Source: Pristiophorus japonicus
Taxonomy: Eukaryota
Length of the DNA: 64,000 bases
NCBI RefSeq assembly: GCF_044704955.1
Contig: NC_091999.1
Location: 10,106,001-10,170,000 of the forward strand
Direction: 5' to 3'
The notes under the pieces: generated by a model
What the model was told of the DNA's origin: nothing
What the model saw: the letters and a program-made list of their open reading frames with translations, nothing else
Database searches by the model: none
Program-made: the position numbers and the translations under genes
Shown here: piece after piece, positions 12,790-24,140 of the stretch
Layout of the letters: each line of letters opens with the position of its first letter
Position numbering within the stretch: position 1 is the first letter of the stretch

Positions 12790-13102
12790 ACCGACACCTC
12801 AATCTGCTGTCCACACATCACCAGACTTTAGGCACTGCCCAATTATTCCAGGGATCAATAATCAACATTTGTTTTCCACAGTCCCCGTCGGTTCAATCTG
12901 TTGCATGTGAGATTCTGAACTGCTTCTAAAATGGACCAGGAACACTGGCCGGCGATAGATGCTTCATATGAATGGAGAAAATATCAGAGAAAGATAACCG
13001 AAAGCAGGAAGTACACTGAAATTAAAGCAGATTTCAGCGACAATATGATCAAACCTACAATTCAGGATCCGGGCCCGGGGTATTTATGCTTTAATTGTAT
13101 CT

Positions 13103-13171
13103 GGTATTTGCACAGGTCTCTTCCACTGTGTTGTTCCAATGAACACAGTATTTCACGTCAGCATAATATCT
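13103..13171 (-). other. NAR-TCR D segment (13 nt, 13131-13143, TTCATTGGAACAA on minus) with 12/12 RSSs
   Basis: Plus strand: GGTATTTGC-12nt-CACTGTG | ttgttccaatgaa | CACAGTA-12nt-ATAATATCT; all three minus-strand frames are open (FIGT, SLEQ, HWN); V-facing nonamer is weak. Confidence 0.8.
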
Positions 13172-13483
13172 CCCGGTAATCGGTGAGATGTTGGGACATT
13201 AGGTGCATGGCGGGGTCTGCGGTTCCCTATTCCAGTTGTTAGAGCAGGATCCCATCTGGTGTTCGGGTCTTGCAACTGCGCTCAGTCATTCCCAATCGCC
13301 ATTCATTGACACCAATCCCCAGAAAGACATCACCGCCTGCACACACTCAGCATTTACGAAACTCAAACTGTTAACTGCAATAATCCAAACTGATTATAAA
13401 CGAGACTGTGGGGCAGACGGTGCGAGGCGGAACTGTGTGTTTAACGCCGCTTTTCACTGGTTTCTGTCACAATCTGCAGTGAG

Positions 13484-13521
13484 AGTTTTTGTATCGCGGG
13501 AAGCTAAGATCCATTACTGTG
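13484..13521 (-). other. RSS of the NAR-TCR V (22-nt spacer)
   Basis: CACAGTA + 22 nt + ACAAAAACT on the minus strand. Confidence 0.9.
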
Positions 13522-13809
13522 TATTATACTTGTACTGAGCTTTACTGTAATAGGTGGCGCTGTCTTCAACTCGCACATCCCTAATTTCAAGCCAAAATGT
13601 CTTTTCAGCCTTATTCGTCCTCATAACAAATCGCTCGTCGCTCGAGATCCGCGCCCACTCCGTCCCGGTCTGGGTTTGTCTGAAGAATTCCCCACGGGTT
13701 AAAGGATCAGCCCACATTCCGCCATAGAACACGCAGGTGATGGTGAGAGACTGACACTCCTGCCTGGTCACCGCTGGCGGGGTCTGTACCACTGAGTTAC
13801 TGAAAGAGC
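13522..13809 (-). CDS. NAR-TCR V exon (IgNAR-like domain), open frame but second canonical Cys is Ser (possible pseudogene)
   Basis: Acceptor tttccag|; SVVQTPPAVTRQECQSLTITCVFYGGMWADPLTRGEFFRQTQTGTEWARISSDERFVMRTNKAEKTFWLEIRDVRVEDSATYYSKAQY; short FR2/CDR2 as in VNAR; extra FR1 Cys; YYS(AGT)KA instead of YYCKA. Confidence 0.88.
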
Positions 13810-13955
13810 CTGGAAATTAAATGGAGATAGTTTAATGGATCATCTGCGCCGAACCACACATTGGGGCTAAAACGCAGATAAAGTCTGGAATTCGGATGGA
13901 CACGGCAGCTTTATAATAAATCCAGACAATGTCGATTTGTCTGAACGGTACTCAC

Positions 13956-13998
13956 GGGGGAAACAGATACACAGGGCGAAAACAAGCAGGATTCCCAT
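13956..13998 (-). CDS. Leader exon of the NAR-TCR V (MGILLVFALCICFP)
   Basis: ATG at 13998; hydrophobic peptide; phase-1 donor C|GTGAGT; splices in frame to the V exon. Confidence 0.85.
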
Positions 13999-14649
13999 CG
14001 CTGTGCTGTCTATAATGGATGGTTTATATGGCGGAGAGCTGGAGACTGTAGCCCTGGATTGCTTTTGGAGACTATACCTCAGAGCGGGACTGAAACACTT
14101 TAGAGGATGAAGTGATTTGTAGAGGGCAGTATTCCGGTGATCAGTGATGGGTTGCACGGTCCCACGATCTCTCGCTGTGATCTGTGTGAGAAAGCCATCG
14201 GTTTATCGAGGGACCTGCAGTTTTCTGGCGCTTCGTTTAGTCTCTGAGCCCGATGAGAAAGCCCCGCCCACATTAGTCTGATGTACAGGGGCGGTGTTGT
14301 TCTTTCAGCCCTCCATGGCCGATTTATTAACTCACTAAATCAAATCTCAACCTCTCTTCAGCCAGGAGCTGCTGTTTTGTTGGTTCTTACAGAGTGCGGG
14401 TATCCTGAATAGTGAGAGAATCTCTGAGTGGATTGGACACCGAATCCGGGAATTGCAGGAGGAGGAAGCCACTCATCAAACAAATCAGTGAAAGATGGAT
14501 TGAACCACGGGAAAGGAAAGAAGAAACTCTACTGGTCCCTGTGGAAACAGATGCATAATACATTTACCTCCAGGGTGAAATATGACACGGCAAAATTTAC
14601 ATTTTTAAGGTGAGGAAAACAATTCTTTACACAGACGGAGGAGAGAAAT

Positions 14650-15560
14650 CTGGACTGACTACATGAATTGTATAACAGCGGAATTGACTAAGTGACAGGA
14701 AACAGAGAATCTTTGTGAACGGCTGTCTATCAGACTGCAGGAGGGTATATAGTCGTGTTCATCATGGTCTGCACTAGGACAACTACTTTTCTTGATGTAT
14801 ATTAAAAACTTGTACCTGAGAGTACAAACCATGACTTCAAAATTTGCAGCTGACACAACACTTGGAAATATAGTGAACAGGGAGGAGGAAAGCGATGGGC
14901 TTTAAGAAGATATAGACATGCTGGTGGAATGGGTGGACACATGGCAGATTAAATTTCTCGTCCAATTTGACTTGCTGAAGCGACAGAGGACAGAGCTCCC
15001 TAGAAGACAGCAAGGGCCAGCCAAGGTGCCTTACACAATTTCAAGTGTATGCCTCCCCACCGAGTTAGTTCAAAGAGTCCAACTGCATGCCTTCCCCAGC
15101 AAAAGTGCCTTGACTCAGCATCGTGAATGCTCCAGAGTGAATCTACCCGCAGCTTCAGTGCCACAATGCGGTCAGTCAGGATCTACAGGCGGTTGCACTT
15201 CCCGCACACATAGTCGTGAGGGACACCGGAGGCGTCCCTGACTTCCTACATAGTACAGGAGGGGCATAACACGTGTCCGAGCTCTCCTCCCATGACTTAA
15301 CCCTTCGATAAACTTGATTGGGCAACAACATGCTAAATGTTACTTATTGACATAGAAAAGAAAAAGAAAAACTTCTTACCAATCACCAGCCAATCGTTTA
15401 CCCCCTCGGCTGTGATGTCACCGTTCGATTTCTTTCTACTTCTTCTTTGCCTTCTCACCCCGCTGCAGCTGCACAAGCACGCCTCTTGCAGGCATCCCGA
15501 CTCAACACTGCTCCAACTCTGCACCCACCCGCTCTCTGACTGCTGCCGATTGTCCTCTTG
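14650..15560 (-). mobile_element. Mixed CR1 fragments, including a 5' UTR/ORF1 piece
   Basis: RT-like SKFAADT/LVEWVDTWQIKF pieces; 14950-15560 resembles the CR1 ORF1 start. Confidence 0.55.
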
Positions 15561-15944
15561 CGAGTCCGCTCGCAGATTTGAGCCTTTCTGATGTGCACAA
15601 TACACAACAAAATGCAACATTCACAACAACTGACTGTTATTTACTTTCAGGTTAACAGGGGCCAGCTGCCCTTTGATCTTTATCCACAGACTGCAGACAG
15701 TCAATTTGTATTTTGCTCCTGCTTACCCCCGTTTCCAGTGAGTCCTTTGTCTGTATCTCTGCACTGGAGGAACCTTGAAGTAAACTGGCCCACCTGCTCA
15801 GCGAGAACAAGTAACCGAGGAACACAGAGGCCGCTCGCCATCTGTCTGTCAGTCATCAGCCTTGTTACCTCTAAAAAAGCTTCTCACTAATCTACCTACA
15901 TTGGTATGTATTCGAATGAAAAGATTAGGGTCGAATTTTCCTGT

Positions 15945-16400
15945 ACCAGGAGTCAGCCGTGCCATAGTTGAAAGCACGCTTGACTCTGAATTCGAAGGTT
16001 GTGAGTTCAATTCGCTCGCCAGAGACTTGACCACAAAATCTAGCCCCACATTCCACACGTGGGTACTGAGGGAGTGACGCACTGTCACGGGTGCTATCTT
16101 TCGGATGAGATGTGAAAACGAGGCCCTGTCTGCCTTCTCAGGAGGACACAATATATCCCACCATTTTGAAAAAATTCGGCGCCGTTTCTCCGGTGTAATG
16201 TTCAATATTTACTCCTCAATCAACATCACTACATATATTAACTGGTCATTATGGCGTCACTATTTGCGGGACACTACTGGGCGCAGACTGGCTGCTGCCT
16301 ATCATATATTGCACGAGTGACGACACTTCAAATTATATGACTGATTTTGATCACTTTGGACGTCATGAAAGGTGCTCCATCAATAATATTTCTCTTTCTT
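15945..16400 (+). mobile_element. tRNA-headed SINE
   Basis: A/B-box-like head (...gaaggttgtgagttcaattc); body similar to 23535-24140. Confidence 0.6.
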
Positions 16401-16600
16401 TACTCGTGTAATTGCATTTGTATATTTTTATTATATATTTATTATTAATAAACGTAAATATATTTCAGAATTAAAAGTAGAAGATATGACTCGCGACCAA
16501 CTCAGATTCACCCTGATCACAATGTTCGCATGACGCGCTGATATGTTGAACGACACTCTGACAGTTTTTTACTGGTCGAGCCCAGGTGCATGTCTTTGTT

Positions 16601-17204
16601 GGGCTCAGTGCACTGTAATGCACCACGGAGTCTTTCACGTGTGTTTCAGACATATTCAGCGGGAGGGTTCGGCTTGAAACATTGAGCTTCGCTGATAAAC
16701 GGTCCTCAGGAAATCTCCCTCCGTTTCGCTGTATCTGCTTCACGGAGCCGTTGGAATACTGACGGTACCAGTACAGGTGAGCAGTATCTCCGCTTGTCGT
16801 TGTATAACTACAGTGCAACTGAACAACGTATCCTTTACTTACTGTGGTTATAGACAGTGTCCGTGAAACAGAGTCTCCTCCACAATTCCGAGCAAGAGCT
16901 GCCAGCGGTACTGAATTATAGACATAGAAACATAGAAAATAGGTGCAGGAGTAGGCCATTCGGCCCTTCTAGCCTGAACCGCCATTCAATGAGTTCATGG
17001 CTGAACATGCAATTTCAGCACCCCATTCCTGCTTTCTCGCCATACGCCTTGATCCCCCTAATAGTAAGGACTTCATCTAACTCCTTTTTGAATATATGTC
17101 AGTTAATTAAACAATGTCAGTTCACTGTGTCTCTCCCCAAGAATCAGACAGAGAACCACAATAATTACTGAGAAGTTAATCAGGGCAGGTAAAGAGGCGT
17201 ACAT
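16601..17204 (-). pseudogene. TCR V-alpha/delta pseudogene (leader ~17204-17135, V exon ~16900-16601)
   Basis: GGDSVSRTLS...LHCSYTTTSGDTAHLYWYRQ...KDSVVHYSALSP (C104 lost); RSS heptamer decayed to AACAAAG + 23 nt + AAAAAACTG; leader MYASLPALINFSVIIVVLCLILG lacks a clean GT; CR1 tail inserted at ~16920-17095. Confidence 0.8.
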
Positions 17205-17559
17205 TTCCCCAGAGCTCAGGGGCTGCAAGGGGAAGATGTTCCAAACGACGGAATAAACCCGCCTTTCATTAACTATCTGCAAGTTTAGCGACAGACTTGC
17301 TAAAGCTTTTTATACTCTCCACAGGTTGGCCGAAATTTTCAACTATTTTTCTCTTCATGTGCTCTTCCATTGGGTTATGTGTTTACAACACCTTTGTTAT
17401 TAAGTGCTGAAACTGTGATCTATCTTTAGGTAAAACCAAAATAATGTGGATTTCCCGAGATCCTCAACAGATTACATATTCGATTTTGATCGAATGTGCG
17501 GGATGAATTGACAAACACAGGCGGAATATGGGAAGCGTTTCCTGTCCCATCAATGGAAC

Positions 17560-17700
17560 GAGCAGCAGGACGTTCCCTGAAAATAGATCCATGATTTTAA
17601 GGGGAAACAGCTGATCAAAAGCAGAAAGGACAGTTTGACCGGTCGCTTCATTCTGTGATCGATCTTTCGGAACGTTGGCTTCTGCAGGTTCCCAATCTCT
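17560..17700 (-). repeat. Dispersed repeat (SINE-like); other copies at ~37350-37520 and ~54690-54860 on plus
   Basis: Reverse complement shares gatcagctgttt(t/c)cccttaaa..catggatct with 37425-37458. Confidence 0.55.
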
Positions 17701-17894
17701 CACAATTTTGAAGTACTCTGATTTTATATTTCCTACCAAAGTGGATAACTTCACGTTTCTCCAAACATTATTCAAATTTCTCTGTTCTTGCCCACGCACT
17801 TAGCCTATCTATATCGCCTTCAAGTTTCCTTGCATCCTCCTCACAACGTACATTCCTATCAGGCTTTGTATCATCATCAAACTTGCATAGATCA

Positions 17895-20190
17895 CATAGA
17901 AACATAGAAACATAGAAAATAGGTGCAGGAGTAGGGCATTCGGCCCTTCGAGCCTGCGCCGCCATTCAATGAGTTCATGGCTGTACATGCAAATTCAGTA
18001 CCCCATTCCTGCTTTCTCGTCTTACCCCTTGATCCCCCTAGTAGTAAGGCCAACATCTAACTCCTTTTTGAATATATTTAGTGAATTGGTCTCAACAACT
18101 TTCTGTGGTAGAGAAGTCCACAGGTTCATCACTCTCTGGGTGAAGAAGTTTCTCCTCATCTCGGTACGAAATGGCTTACCCCTATCCTTAGACTGTGACC
18201 CCTGGCTCTGGACTTCCCCAACATTGGGAACATTCTTCCTGCATCTAACCTGTCTAAACCAGTCAGAATTTTAAACGTTTCTATGTGATCCCCTCTCATT
18301 CTTCTGAACTCCAGTGAATAAAAGCCCAGTTGATCCAATCCTTCTTGATATGTCAGCCTCGCCATCCCGGGAATCAGTCTGGTGAACCTTCGCTACACTC
18401 CCACAATAGCAAGAATGTCCTTCCTCAAGTTAGGAGACCACAAACTGTACACAATACTCCAGGTGTGGCCTCACCAAGGCCCTGTACAAATGTAGTAACA
18501 CTTCCCTGCCCCTGTACACAAATCCCCTCGCTATGAAGGCCACCATGCCATTTCTTTCTTAAACGCCTGCTGTACCTGCATGCCAACCTTCAATGACTGA
18601 TGTACTCTGACACCCATGTCACGTTGCACCTCCCCTTTTCCCAATCTGTCATAATTGAGAAAATAGTGTGGCTCTCTGTTTTTACCACCAAAGTGGATAA
18701 CCTCACATTTATCCACATTATACTTCATCTGCCACGCATTTGCCCACTCACCTAACGTATCCAAGTCACGTTGCAGCCTCATAGCATCCTCCTCGCAGCT
18801 CGCACTGCCACCCAACTTAGTGTCCTCCGAAAATTTGGAGATACTATATTTAATCCCCTCGTCTAAATCATTAATGTACCAATAAACAGCTAGGGCCCCA
18901 GCACAGAACCTTGCGTTTCCCGACTAATCACTGCCTACCATTCTGAAAAGTACCGATTTACTCCTACTCTTTGCTTCCTGTCTAACAACCAGTTTTCAGT
19001 CTGCGTCAGCACACTACCACCAATCGCGTGTGCTTTAACTTTGCACAATAATCTCTTGTATGGGACCTTGTTGAAAGCCTTCCGAAAGTCCAAATACACC
19101 ACATCAATTGGTTCTCCCTTGTCCACTCTACTGGAAGCATCCTCAAAAAATTCCAGAAGATTTGTCAAACATGATTTCTCTTTCACAAATCCATGCTGAT
19201 TTGGACATATCATATCACCTCTTTCCAAATGCGCTGCTATAACATCCTTAATAATTGATTCCATCATTTTACCCACTACCGATGTCAGGCTGAACGGTCT
19301 ATAATTCCCTGTTTTCTCTTTCCCTCCTTTTTTAAAAAGCGGGGTTACATTGGCTACCCTCCACTCGATAGGAACTGATCCAGAGTCTATGGAATGTTGG
19401 AAAATGACTGTCAATGCATCCGCTATTTCCAAGGCCACCTCCTTAAATACTCTGGGATGCAGTCCAGCAGGCCCTGGGGATTTATCGGCTTTCAATCCCA
19501 TCAATTTCCCCAACACAATTTCCCGACTAATAAGGATTTCCCTCAGTTCCTCCTTCTTACTAGACCCTCTGACCCCTTTTATATCCGGAAGGTTGTTTGT
19601 GTCCTCTTCATTGAATACTGAAGCAAAGTATTGTTCAATTGGTCTGCCTTTCTTTGTTCCCCGTTTTGACTTCCCCTGATTCTGACTGCAGGGGACCTAC
19701 GTTTGTCTTTATTAACCTTTTTCTCTTTACATATCTATAGAAGCGTTTGCAGTCCGTATTAATGTTCGCTGTAAGCTTCGTCTCGAACTATATTTTCCCT
19801 GCCCTAATCAAACCCTTTGTCCTCCTCTGCTGAGTTCTAAATATCTCCCAGTCCCCGGGTTCGCTGCTTTTTCTGGCCAATTTCTATGCCACTTCCTTGG
19901 CTTTAATACTATCCCTAATTTCCCTTGATAGCCACGGTTGAGCCACCTTCCCTTTTTAATTTTTACGCCAGACAGGGATGTATAATTGTTTTAGTTCATC
20001 CATGCGGTCTCTAAATGTCTGCCATTGCCCATCCACTGTCAACCCCTTAAGTATCATTCGCCAATCTACCCTAGCCAATTCACGCCTCATACTTCAACGT
20101 TACCCTTCTTTAAGTCTGGACCATGGTCTCTGAATTAATTGTTTCATTCTCCATCCTAATGTAGAATTCCACCATATTATGTTCATTCTT
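17895..20190 (-). mobile_element. CR1 LINE, 5'-truncated, inserted in an older CR1 fragment
   Basis: catagaaa tail; ORF 18935..19516 KSPGPAGLHPRVFKE...VVYLDFRKAF. Confidence 0.88.
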
Positions 20191-20479
20191 CACATTTGGT
20201 TCCGTCATCCAAATCATTGATATAGATTGGGAATAGATGGAGACATGGGGAATGTTGAGTGATTCTGTGAATTTGTTGATGCGTGGCTTCTAATTTTACC
20301 AATGGGTTTCATGTAATGTGCAGATGTTTAAAGGATATTTGTGCGATTCATGAATATTTTATGCACTTTACCTTGATTGCTTTGTGTCAACAATTAGCTC
20401 CTTTTATTTTTCTTCCTAATTATAAAGCACCATAACATGTGTTGTCGATGTTCTTGTTCTAGTTCCCGGCAATGAAATA

Positions 20480-20780
20480 TACACTGGGAAATACATACCT
20501 AGATTGAGGCGGAGGCTGTGTAATCTAGGCGGCCCTGAGAGTGAAATTCCTGGACCATGGAGGGAGGAGTGTCATCTAGGTGGCACTGAGAGTGAAATTC
20601 CGAGACTTTGGTGGGAGCAGTGTAATCTAAGCAACCCTGCGACTGAAACACCTGGACTGAGGCGGAGGCAGTGTAATCTCGGTGGCCCTATGACTGAAAT
20701 GCCTGGACTGAGGTGGGGGCAGTGTAATATATGTTTCCCTGGGAATGTAATTCTGGACTGAAGCAGAAGCAGTGTCATCA
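20480..20780 (+). repeat. 51-bp minisatellite, ~5.5 degenerate copies
   Basis: Unit ~ggactgaggcggaggcagtgtaatctaggcggccctgagagtgaaattcct; 17-aa periodicity in ORF 20504..20761. Confidence 0.85.
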
Positions 20781-21168
20781 TAAAATCATAGAGTAGTACA
20801 GCACAGAATTAGGCCATTCAGCTCATCTTGTCGATGCCGGCTCTGTGTCACGCTGTCCATTCCATTCTTGATACAACTGTCCTGCGTTCATCAATGTCTC
20901 TGACTGTACAATTATTCATCGGACTGTTTGTTCTCAAGCTATCCGTATCTCTATATCCAGCTGTTTATATGTTAATGTATAGCCCTTAATCTGATGGTTT
21001 CTATTTCTGTCCCATCGTCTCTCTGTCTATAAAGCGAGCAATAGTCAAGTAATATTGTAAAGAAATAAAAACGAGATATCAGATCTAAGTATGTCTATAT
21101 CTATATATCTATCTATGACCTGTTTTTTAAATTTTGTTTCCACGGTTAACCAGGGCTATTTTCTGCAG

Positions 21169-21463
21169 GACTGAGTTCTGGAGATTCCGTCAAGCAGTGG
21201 CCAACAGATGCCCAATATCTGGAGGGAACCTCGATGAGCATTAATTGTAACTATTCAACCACAGATTCGAGCTATTCCCTACAGCTTTACCTTCAGCTCC
21301 CGAGCAAGACTCCGACTTTAGTAATTCAGGCACATTCCTTTGGAAAGGACAAAATTAACGGCCTTTTCCCTGTCATCCTGGAACAATTAAGATATATCGC
21401 TGTTTTCGCTCTGACTGAGCTGCTTCTCTCTGGCAGCGCCGTATATTACTGTGCACTGAGTCC
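21169..21463 (+). pseudogene. TCR V-alpha-like exon, open frame but W41 replaced by L; leader not identified
   Basis: Acceptor ttctgcag|; GLSSGDSVKQWPTDAQYLEGTSMSINCNYSTTDSSYSLQLYLQLP...LSGSAVYYCALS. Confidence 0.8.
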
Positions 21464-21502
21464 CACAGTGAGAAGTGCCTCCGGACATCTCGTACAGTAA
21501 CC
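21464..21502 (+). other. 23-RSS
   Basis: CACAGTG + 23 nt + ACAGTAACC. Confidence 0.85.
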
Positions 21503-21542
21503 GTGTTCTGTGAGATCAGCTCAAAGAAGATACTTTAAACAC

Positions 21543-21560
21543 GGCCACCAGGTGGCGGTA
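21543..21560 (+). promoter_or_regulatory. Candidate CTCF site next to the RSS
   Basis: GGCCACCAGGTGGCGGTA closely matches the CCASYAGRKGGCR core. Confidence 0.6.
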
Positions 21561-22891
21561 CAGAGCGCAGATTACCACCGCCTGCCACCTTACATCAATC
21601 AATACTACGTGACACGTTTTCAATACAAATTAACGTGTAATTGCGTTATATCTCATATTTATGCTCATTAATGTTATACATTCCCTCACAGTTTCATAAT
21701 GTCACAAAGTAGTTAAGTGTAAATGACCTGTCCACCTCCAGAATCTTGGGATCAGTTGCTGCTTTGATCTATGGCTCTCTGCGAGATTCAGCCATTGGCT
21801 GTAAACCACTTCACTGATAACCATTTCAATAATTATTGATTACTATAATAATCCTGCAATTCTTGTCTCTCGACTGCTTGCTCCGAATTTGCAATCAAAG
21901 TAACGCAGTTCTTATAGAAAGGCAGTGTTGTATAATTTCCGACGGGGACATTATTATTGAATTCATTTCTTCACAGACGGACCCTACGTTTGACAACATT
22001 GCCCGCGGCAGCCCCACACACAGCTTCCCTTTACTGCTCGCGCTCTGATCCGCCTTGCCTGCCCTGTTTTATGAAACAGATTGATGCCGCTGCTCCCTGA
22101 TTAGCCTTGGTTGAATTAGCAGTGCAGTGGGGCGCGGATCTGTACTTCATTCTATCGTGGAATAATTGTTGTTTTTTCTCTGTTGCCACCCAGAATTATA
22201 CAACAAAATATGCCTTATTCATAGAAAGCTTGATTAATTGCCTTGTGTCTCAATCTGTTTCTCTCCCCTCCTTCCTGTAGGTTGCGCTGAACACCTGGCC
22301 TTTATTCTGCATCCACACATGCGCACCAGCGAGTTGCAGGCTCCAAACTAACCAGAAGCAGCTTAAATCGAGAATTATAACCTATTGCCACCGATCAGAA
22401 AAAGAGACACTGCCACGGGTATACTATGAGTGGTTCTGCTGTTAGTGTCCTGCGAGTCGTCCACTTTTCATTCCAATCACCGTGCTTTATTGAACTGTTT
22501 GAATATAAAAATTCTCAAATGGCGTCCAAAGCTGCTGTGAATTTGGCCCAGATTTCACAGGATACCCGAGAACTTTCAGCACGCCGTACGGGTGTGGGTG
22601 CAGCATGCCCGACAACATCTGTTGTTAAAGCCAACTGATGAGTGAGGCCCCGGTAGACATTCATTGCCAGATTCAAAGCAGAGCGCCACTAAGGCCGGTT
22701 GAAGATGCGCTCCAACTGTGAACAAAGTCAAAGCACACATGGCATAAACCAGTGCAATGTATTTTGGGTCTGCATATTAACTGTTGTTGCTTTCCAGTAT
22801 TTTTGACGGATTGGAGACCAACTTATTGTTTTTTTACTCTCTATGGATAATGGTTAGACTATTATTGATGATACTTCCCATGTTGTGGTAG

Positions 22892-23221
22892 GCGGTTGCC
22901 TTGCAGATGAAGTACAGCAATCGCCGGTCTTCACAACAGTGCAGCCGGGAGATCCGGCCCAGTTCTATAGCAGCTATACCATCTCAGAGATATCTGACTT
23001 CCACTGGTACAAGCAGATCCCGAATGGACGGCTGATGCGAGTCATCACCAGTACAAGGTGCGGCAGAGATGTGCTCGGACGGTTGGAGGTTTTGCTTGAA
23101 ACTACCGAAACGCGAGGTTATTTCGCTTTCAGAAGGACAGAGGCTCAGGATTCTGCGTCTATTATTGTGGAATCGAGGCACTCACTGTGACAGCACTGAG
23201 CAGCACCGCTGTTCAAAAACC
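22892..23221 (+). pseudogene. TCR V pseudogene with 23-RSS (23183-23221)
   Basis: CLADEVQQSP...FYSSY (C23 lost)...FHWYKQ...EAQDSA, then a frameshift before tat tat tgt gga; CACTGTG + 23 nt + TCAAAAACC; decayed leader at ~22739-22800. Confidence 0.85.
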
Positions 23222-23534
23222 TGGCCTCGGGTGGGACTCGCCCTGCTTTACAAAGATCACCTGTGTCAATATCTTTTTACAAGACACATGCTCCTTAAGT
23301 TCGATAATGATGATTTGGCTGTATCATTGCATCCGGCAAGACATAGAATCCTGGCTGTGATCGGAATGAAAGCAATATCAATCAGACATTTTACTGCCAA
23401 TTAGTAATGTATCGAGTTGTTCTCCAGCGACTCTCCCTTTGGCCAAGCTGTATGTGTTTTGTTACAAATTGTATCGCCGCTGGTATCTGCGTCTTGTGGC
23501 GATTTTTAAAATTTCCATTATTATAATTTAACCA

Positions 23535-24140
23535 ATTGGCTCAGTGGCAGCACTCACTTCGCTCATTCATAAAGTTGTGGGTTCAAGTCCGACTCCAGGA
23601 GATTACAACTCAAAATCTAGGCTTCCATAACTGAGGGAGTGCTGCACTCTTGGAGCTGCTTCCTTTCCGATATCATATTAAACCGAGGCCCCGTCGGCTC
23701 TCTCAGATGGAGGGTCTTCATTCCCGGACATGACTGGCGGTGTCTGTGGAACAGTCACTGAGCTCCCTCTGCCATGAGAAGCTGGGAGATGGTAGTTTAT
23801 CTGAGGACTTTTAATTTTTACGCAGCGAGTTGTTATGATCTGTCATTCACGGCCTGAAAGCGTGATGGAAGGAGATTCAATAACTTCCAAAAGAGAACAC
23901 TATCTGGAAAAGTTTAGAGGTTTTATCCCAGTCTCCTGTACAATATTTATCCCTCACCCAACATTACTAAAAATGAGATGATCTGGTCATTATCACGTTG
24001 CTGTTTGTGGGACCTTGCTGTACTCAAATTTCTTGCAGTGCTTCCTACATTACAACAGTGACTACTGTTAATTTTATGTAAGGATCATTGGGACGTCCTG
24101 ACATCTCGAACTGCACTGTAGGAATGCTGGTCTTTCTTTT
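23535..24140 (+). mobile_element. tRNA-headed SINE with internal insertion
   Basis: tggctcagtgg (A box) ... gggttcaagtcc (B box); tail similar to 16200-16400. Confidence 0.6.

Noticed and set aside
13390-13480. Second NAR D segment (gactgtg and aactgtg heptamer-like strings)
   Set aside because: No paired CAC heptamers or correctly spaced nonamers
14023-14028. TATAAA on minus upstream of the NAR V leader
   Set aside because: Only ~25 nt from the ATG, leaving almost no 5' UTR; cannot be supported without TSS data
15945-16020. tRNA gene (also ~23535-23600)
   Set aside because: A/B boxes continue into a SINE body; no intact cloverleaf
20504-20761. 85-aa ORF with 17-aa repeats as a protein gene
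   Set aside because: By-product of the 51-bp minisatellite; no ATG start or splice support
20480-20780. CRISPR-like array
   Set aside because: Whole units are degenerate tandem copies without unique spacers; vertebrate context and no cas genes
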